32,000 nt of DNA, taken from assembly GCA_030149205.1 (NCBI GenBank), contig JASBSB010000007.1, positions 570,001 to 602,000 on the forward strand, written 5' to 3'. The translations under genes were made by a program, and so were the position numbers. Origin of the DNA: Candidatus Heimdallarchaeota archaeon. GTDB taxonomy: Archaea > Asgardarchaeota > Heimdallarchaeia > Heimdallarchaeales > Kariarchaeaceae. The notes below the pieces were generated by a model. The model saw nothing but the letters and a program-made list of their open reading frames with translations. It ran no database searches and had not been told where the DNA came from. Each line of letters starts with the position of its first letter. Within the stretch, counting starts at the first letter, position 1. Below are positions 26,767 through 32,000 of this stretch, piece after piece.

Positions 26767-26878
26767 GATTCTCTATTTTCAGCTATTATTTATTTATAGC
26801 CAAAAGAAAATGAATTAAAAAATTCTTTTTTGACATGCCATTGAAAAGGATTAATTAGGTGAAAAGTTCTCTTAAATT

Positions 26879-28690
26879 ATGTGTGGAATTGCAGGTGTCT
26901 TTGGAACAGATGACAAGACCCTAGTAACAGATATGGTCTCAACCTTTCAAAATAGGGGGCCAGATCACAAAGGTTTTGCAACTACAGATATTGCAGTTCT
27001 GGGGAATGCAAGGTTATCAATTATTGATGTTGCAGGGAGTGATCAGCCAATTTGGGATGAACAAGGGCAAGTCTGCATCGTAGCAAACTGTGAGATTTAC
27101 AATTTTAAATCTGTTAAAGCCACACTATTGGAGAAAGGTCATCATTTTATGACTAATGGTGATACAGAAGTTATTCTTCAAGCTTACCTAGAATATGGAT
27201 TAGATTTTGCTCAATATATTGATGGTATATTTGCAGTCGCTATCCTTGACCTAAACAAGAAAAGATTGGTACTTGCCAGGGACAGGTTAGGAATAAAACC
27301 CCTGTATTACACCTTTGTTAAAGATAAACTATTGTTTGCCTCAGAAATCAAAGCTATTCTTAAATTTCAAGAGATCACTCCAACTTTAAATTATCCTGCT
27401 CTCCAGTGGTTTTTAGAATTAGGATATATTAGCGGGGTTCATTCTCTGTTTGAGGGAATTCAACAATTGCTTCCTGGAACAGTTATGTCTGTGGATCCCT
27501 CTGGGAAAACGATGAAGAAATACTTTAAATTACAAAACGGAACAACAGGTAAATTAGATATAAATATCTTGGACACCTTGATTGATGAGGCAGTAAACTC
27601 ACAACTGATATCAGAAAGACCTTTAGGAATTTATTTATCAGGTGGATTGGATAGTTCCATTGTCGCTTCTTATGCAGCCAAGCATCTTGATAAGGTCATG
27701 ACATTTACACAGAATTTTGGGGAGGTCAATGAAACGGCAAACGCTAGGTTGTTATCTGAGCAAATTGGTGCAGAACATTTTACGCTTAACCATGACCCTG
27801 ATACTGAGATCCGAGATGTGAGGAAGATGCTTTATTTTATGGAACATCCAACTTTTGGAATGTCGGCAACTTACGAATTAGCGCAGTTTGCCAAATCCAA
27901 GGGTAATGTGGTGATGCTTTCTGGTCTTGGCGGTGATGAAATCTTTGGAGGGTACGTCCAACATGCCAGAGCTGCTAAAATTTCTGCTTTTCCTAACATC
28001 CCCCTACTCAGCCGTTCTACAGGCAAGTTATTTGAAAGCTTCAATCAAATGAAACTCTCAAGGTATGCATATTCAATGGGTTCAACACTTGATAAGATCA
28101 GGGCAGTAAAATACTCGGAATCACCAAAGGTGATGAAGGCATTAATCTCAAAAGAATTCAGAGAGGTTCCTGAAACAGAGGTTTTCAATTACAACCCAAA
28201 TAAGGATTTTTTCAAGGTAATGGAGTCTGAGTTGATCTATGGGCAACTTGATGGTAACTACCTGAAGATCGCAGATAGAATGTCTATGGCGGCTTCAATA
28301 GAAATGCGAGTTCCGTTTCTCGATACACCACTTTTGCAATACTCATTAAATCTGCCTCGTACGGACAAAATCAGGAATAATGTGTCAAAATTTGGGTTAA
28401 GAAAGTTAGCTGGTGAACAACTAAGCCTTCCTAAACAGATCATTAAGAAGGGTGAGGATGCTTCGAACAAGGGTGGCTACGGTTTCTCGGCAGCAGAGTT
28501 TTGGAAAGAAAGTCTCGGAGAGTATGTTAAAACCCAATTAGATTCGTCTATAATTCGTGAATACAAGGTTTTTGATGAAAATCAGGTTAAAAATTATCTT
28601 TCCAAGGTGCGTTCCTATGCCCAGATAAGGACACTGTGGCATATTGCCACAACACATGAGCTAATAGATATTTTCCAAATGCAAATTTAA
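26879..28690 (+). CDS. asnB: Asparagine synthase (glutamine-hydrolysing) family amidotransferase
   Basis: MCGIAG, RGPD, RLSIID, NCEIYN (canonical NGEIYN), RDRLGIKPLYY, LSGGLDSS, GGDEIFGGY, DRMSMAASIEMRVPFLD. Confidence 0.9.
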   Translation: MCGIAGVFGTDDKTLVTDMVSTFQNRGPDHKGFATTDIAVLGNARLSIIDVAGSDQPIWDEQGQVCIVANCEIYNFKSVKATLLEKGHHFMTNGDTEVILQAYLEYGLDFAQYIDGIFAVAILDLNKKRLVLARDRLGIKPLYYTFVKDKLLFASEIKAILKFQEITPTLNYPALQWFLELGYISGVHSLFEGIQQLLPGTVMSVDPSGKTMKKYFKLQNGTTGKLDINILDTLIDEAVNSQLISERPLGIYLSGGLDSSIVASYAAKHLDKVMTFTQNFGEVNETANARLLSEQIGAEHFTLNHDPDTEIRDVRKMLYFMEHPTFGMSATYELAQFAKSKGNVVMLSGLGGDEIFGGYVQHARAAKISAFPNIPLLSRSTGKLFESFNQMKLSRYAYSMGSTLDKIRAVKYSESPKVMKALISKEFREVPETEVFNYNPNKDFFKVMESELIYGQLDGNYLKIADRMSMAASIEMRVPFLDTPLLQYSLNLPRTDKIRNNVSKFGLRKLAGEQLSLPKQIIKKGEDASNKGGYGFSAAEFWKESLGEYVKTQLDSSIIREYKVFDENQVKNYLSKVRSYAQIRTLWHIATTHELIDIFQMQI

Positions 28691-28720
28691 CTTCATGGCT
28701 TAACATCAAATAATGCGAAG

Positions 28721-29266
28721 TTGGTGTTACCCAATGTTGAAAAGGTCACATTAAGACTACCTAAATCTCCTTATGTCCCTGATGGATACCTTCCGATTGA
28801 AAATTTAAATATTCTTGTTAAAAGTCCAGAATTTAAACCCTTAGTCCCTAGAGAAGACTTTTCTAAATTTAGGGTAGCCTCTAAATTACTCTTCCTTTGG
28901 GTCGTTATTATTGTTGTTATCACTATCTTGATAGCTTTAGTTAATTATCTTCCATTATTTCCGACTTACGTTGCCTTCTTTCTTTTTGTAACTCCAAATG
29001 CAATATTGTTGTTTTATATAACAGGAGTAATCACCGCGAATATTATACCAATCTGGTTTGGAACCTTAGAATCTGAAACTAATACTGAATTTGTAAAACT
29101 AAAGTACACATTCTTAAAAATCAAAACTGTCAAGATTGAAATTTGTAGACTATTTAACCCAGTTTTACTGGTGAATAGTAATTTGATTTACATGTTGATT
29201 TTAACTGAAGATGGAAATATTTTCTACAGGTATACAATTGGAAGATTACTAAATTTAAGTTATTAA
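28721..29266 (+). CDS. Hypothetical membrane protein (doubtful)
   Basis: The only long open frame in this AT-rich stretch; 2-3 hydrophobic segments; TTG start, no ribosome-binding site, no recognisable motif. Confidence 0.3.
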   Translation: MVLPNVEKVTLRLPKSPYVPDGYLPIENLNILVKSPEFKPLVPREDFSKFRVASKLLFLWVVIIVVITILIALVNYLPLFPTYVAFFLFVTPNAILLFYITGVITANIIPIWFGTLESETNTEFVKLKYTFLKIKTVKIEICRLFNPVLLVNSNLIYMLILTEDGNIFYRYTIGRLLNLSY

Positions 29267-29616
29267 ACTGAGACAATTCGTAATAAAAAGCAGTTAATAC
29301 CATATTTTGATTTACAATAAAATTCAAATATTTTACGAAACAATCAAATCTGAAAACGATTCCTTCATTAATTTTTGTCACATGAAAATTTAAAATTGGT
29401 AATTTTCCCAATAATTGAATCTTCCCAGACTGTGCTGAAATATGGCTTTTTATAAAATTATATGCGGTTTTAAAATGGATATAAGATATTTTATGTAATT
29501 AATAAGTAACAACAAACTTAAAAGAGTTAAAACTTTGAGGAATGTGCGATTTTATCGACACACGGTGATTAAATCAGAAAAAAAGGTACGAGATTTTTCC
29601 CGTAGGAGGATAAAAC

Positions 29617-32000
29617 ATGAAAGTTACAAAATCAAACATAATACTAGTTATCATGCTCTCACTTGTAACAATCGGTATGACGGTGCAGACACTCCCCTTC
29701 ACCACAAATATCGATCCTGTTAAAGAAGTGATCATAAGCTTTGAACCAGCTCAAAGTAATACTGTTTTAGGTAAACTTGCGAGCTATGGTGTAAACATAA
29801 TCGAAAAGTACAACATCATATCTGCTGTTGCTGTGACATTACCGAGTTCTTTGGTTAATGTTGTATCTCAGATTCCTGGGGTAAAATATGTCGAGGACAA
29901 TGCTCATTATACTAAGGATATAACTCCTAATGATCCCCGTTTCAGTGAATTATGGGGTATGTCAAGAATAAAAGCCCCTCAAGCCTGGGATCTAACCACT
30001 GGTTCGAGTTCAGTTCTTGTGGCAGTAATTGATGAAGGAATCGATATCAATCATCCTGATTTAGCTGCTAACATATGGACAAACCCAGGTGAAATTCCAA
30101 ACAATGGAATTGACGATGACAACAATGGATACATAGATGATATTAATGGCTGGAACTTTTTGGACAAGAACAATCTTGTTTATGGTGGAGATCCAACCAA
30201 GGACACCCATGGGACCCACGTTGCAGGGACAATTGGCGCTGTTGGGAACAATGGAATAGGTGTTGTTGGGGTAAACTGGAATGTGAAAATCATGTCCCTT
30301 AAGTTTCTAGGGGCGACCGGTGGTTCTACCACAGATGCAATCTCAGCTGTACAGTACGCTTCAGCTATGGGGGTAAAGATTATCTCAGCATCTTGGGGTG
30401 GTGGTCCATACAATCAAGCTTTGAAGGATGCAATTGATGCTTTTCCTGGTTTATTTGTTGCAGCAGCAGGGAACTCCGCAGCAGACAATGATGCAACACC
30501 TCACTACCCATCTTCTTATACATCAACAAATTTGATATCAGTTGCTTCAAGTACATCAACTGATGGGATGTCATCATTTTCAAATTATGGTGCTACATCT
30601 GTAGATATAGCTGCACCAGGATCCAATATCTTGAGTACCTACCCAGGTAACTCATATAACACAATTTCAGGAACTTCTATGGCAACACCTCATGTTTCAG
30701 GGGCTGCTGCTTTATTGTTGGCTAGGGATCCAACATTAACCACCGCTCAGCTAAAACAGAAACTGATAGATGGAGTTGACGTTGTACCAGCATTTCAAGG
30801 GAAGGTTGTTTCTAACGGTATTTTGAACGTTTATAAGTCAATGACTGGTTCTACCCCACCTCCATCATCAACAAAGACCAGTACATTCACAGGTACAGTG
30901 TCAAGCACAACTGTAGATCAGGTTCACTATTTCGACCTTACAGCAACCGGAACAATCAGTGCTACTCTCTCCTGGCCAGCAGGTCCTGATGTGGACATGT
31001 ATCTATACGCTCCAGGAGTTAACGTATATGGGACTGGGTATGTCACAAGGGCATATACCACCGCAAATCCTGAGACACTTTCCTACTCAGCAACAATAAC
31101 TGGTACATGGGCTATTCGTGTCAACTACTACAGTGGCTCATCTGCCAGTTACACATTATCTGTTACATACCCCGTCTCTGGAACAGTTGATACAACACCT
31201 CCAGCTCAGGTGACTGGTCTGACTGCAAATGCTGTCTCTACATCCCAAATCAACCTGGCATGGAATGCAAACACTGAACCAGATCTTGCAAACTACAAGA
31301 TTTACAGAGGTGGTATTCTTCTCACAAGCACTACAGTTACTTCATACAGTGATACTGGATTGGCTTCTGGCACCAGTTACTCCTATCAGGTCTCTGCTGT
31401 AGATACCTCTACAAATGAGGGACTAAAATCAACAACAGCAACTGCTACAACTCTAACTCCTTCAGATACAACCCCACCAAGTGTGACCATTGTCACTCCA
31501 ACAGGAACAGTATCTGGAACAGTTGTCGTGGAGGCAACAATTACTGATAACATAGGTGTATCCTCAGCAGATTACAGAATTGATACAGGTGTATGGGTTG
31601 CACTTATCAAAGGAACGGGCTCCTCATGGACCGCAAATCTAGATACGACAACTTTGACAGATGCTAATCACACCATTGAGGTCCGAGGACTTGATGCAGC
31701 AGCAAACACTGGAACAGCAACTGGGACTTTCACAGTAAGCAATACTCCACCATCAACTCCTGGTAAATACACCTTCACAGGAACTGTTTCGAGCACATCT
31801 CCTGATCAGGTATTTTATTTTAATGTTACCACAACTGGAACAATCAGTGCAACTCTATCATGGCCAGCAGGTCCTGATGTGGATATGTATCTGTACGCAC
31901 CTGGTGCAAATGTCTATGGGACTGGGTATGTCACAAGGGCATATACCACCGCAAATCCTGAGACACTTTCCTACTCGGCTACTACAACAGGTAAATGGGC
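29617..32000 (+). CDS. Secreted S8 subtilase: signal peptide, I9-like propeptide, catalytic domain, PPC, FN3, Ig-like, PPC; truncated by the window edge
   Basis: Not in the ORF track because the stop is off-window. AGGAGG site, then ATG 29617 (MKVTKSNIILV...). Catalytic triad VAVIDEGID / HGTHVAG / SGTSMATP. The frame is open to 32000. Confidence 0.95.
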   Translation, partial: MKVTKSNIILVIMLSLVTIGMTVQTLPFTTNIDPVKEVIISFEPAQSNTVLGKLASYGVNIIEKYNIISAVAVTLPSSLVNVVSQIPGVKYVEDNAHYTKDITPNDPRFSELWGMSRIKAPQAWDLTTGSSSVLVAVIDEGIDINHPDLAANIWTNPGEIPNNGIDDDNNGYIDDINGWNFLDKNNLVYGGDPTKDTHGTHVAGTIGAVGNNGIGVVGVNWNVKIMSLKFLGATGGSTTDAISAVQYASAMGVKIISASWGGGPYNQALKDAIDAFPGLFVAAAGNSAADNDATPHYPSSYTSTNLISVASSTSTDGMSSFSNYGATSVDIAAPGSNILSTYPGNSYNTISGTSMATPHVSGAAALLLARDPTLTTAQLKQKLIDGVDVVPAFQGKVVSNGILNVYKSMTGSTPPPSSTKTSTFTGTVSSTTVDQVHYFDLTATGTISATLSWPAGPDVDMYLYAPGVNVYGTGYVTRAYTTANPETLSYSATITGTWAIRVNYYSGSSASYTLSVTYPVSGTVDTTPPAQVTGLTANAVSTSQINLAWNANTEPDLANYKIYRGGILLTSTTVTSYSDTGLASGTSYSYQVSAVDTSTNEGLKSTTATATTLTPSDTTPPSVTIVTPTGTVSGTVVVEATITDNIGVSSADYRIDTGVWVALIKGTGSSWTANLDTTTLTDANHTIEVRGLDAAANTGTATGTFTVSNTPPSTPGKYTFTGTVSSTSPDQVFYFNVTTTGTISATLSWPAGPDVDMYLYAPGANVYGTGYVTRAYTTANPETLSYSATTTGKW
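31027..31088 (+). repeat. 62-bp exact repeat, copy 1 (PPC domain 1); copy 2 at 31915-31976
   Basis: TATGGGACTGGGTATGTCACAAGGGCATATACCACCGCAAATCCTGAGACACTTTCCTACTC occurs at both positions; TGGCCAGCAGGTCCTGATGTGGA is also shared (30973 and 31861). Confidence 0.92.

Noticed and set aside
26879-28690. AsnB-like amidotransferase as part of a LysW Glu/Gln amidation cycle
   Set aside because: The Gln is genetically encoded, so no amidation is needed. The gene is separated from the operon by two unrelated genes and looks like an ordinary AsnB homologue.
28688-29266. Stop-codon readthrough from asnB into the in-frame downstream ORF
   Set aside because: The frames do coincide, but AsnB is already full length, the stop is TAA, and I see no recoding signal. 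A one-in-three coincidence is sufficient explanation.

Overview
AT-rich prokaryotic window with no rRNA, tRNA, CRISPR array or mobile element that I can recognise. Archaeal-style TATA boxes, GGTGA ribosome-binding sites, a LysW carrier pathway and a CTERM-like anchored amylase suggest an archaeon, possibly Asgard/Heimdallarchaeia; this is inference, not a database result. Contents from left to right: (1) an M20 dipeptidase running off the left edge, a VOC protein, a His-motif polytopic membrane protein, ArsC and a divergent HAD phosphatase; (2) a his operon, hisIE (N-terminally extended)-hisG-hisD-hisC-hisB-hisH-hisA/hisF fusion, with no recognisable histidinol-phosphatase gene; (3) a secreted/anchored GH13 amylase, a PadR-like regulator plus Hsp20 with two palindromic operators, and three small minus-strand genes; (4) a LysW operon, lysW-lysX-lysY-class II GATase-like-lysZ/lysJ fusion, with no lysK; (5) a penicillin acylase family protein, an Eis-like GNAT, AsnB and a multidomain S8 protease running off the right edge. 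Two systems stand out. First, an unannotated 33-codon upstream ORF ending SHHHHIHHHL lies between a TATA box and the his operon, resembling a histidine-sensing leader peptide in an apparently archaeal context. Second, the LysW ends in EDWGQ instead of EDWGE, and an EgtC/Dug3-like Ntn gamma-glutamyl hydrolase sits in an operon lacking lysK, suggesting a variant carrier maturation/release chemistry.
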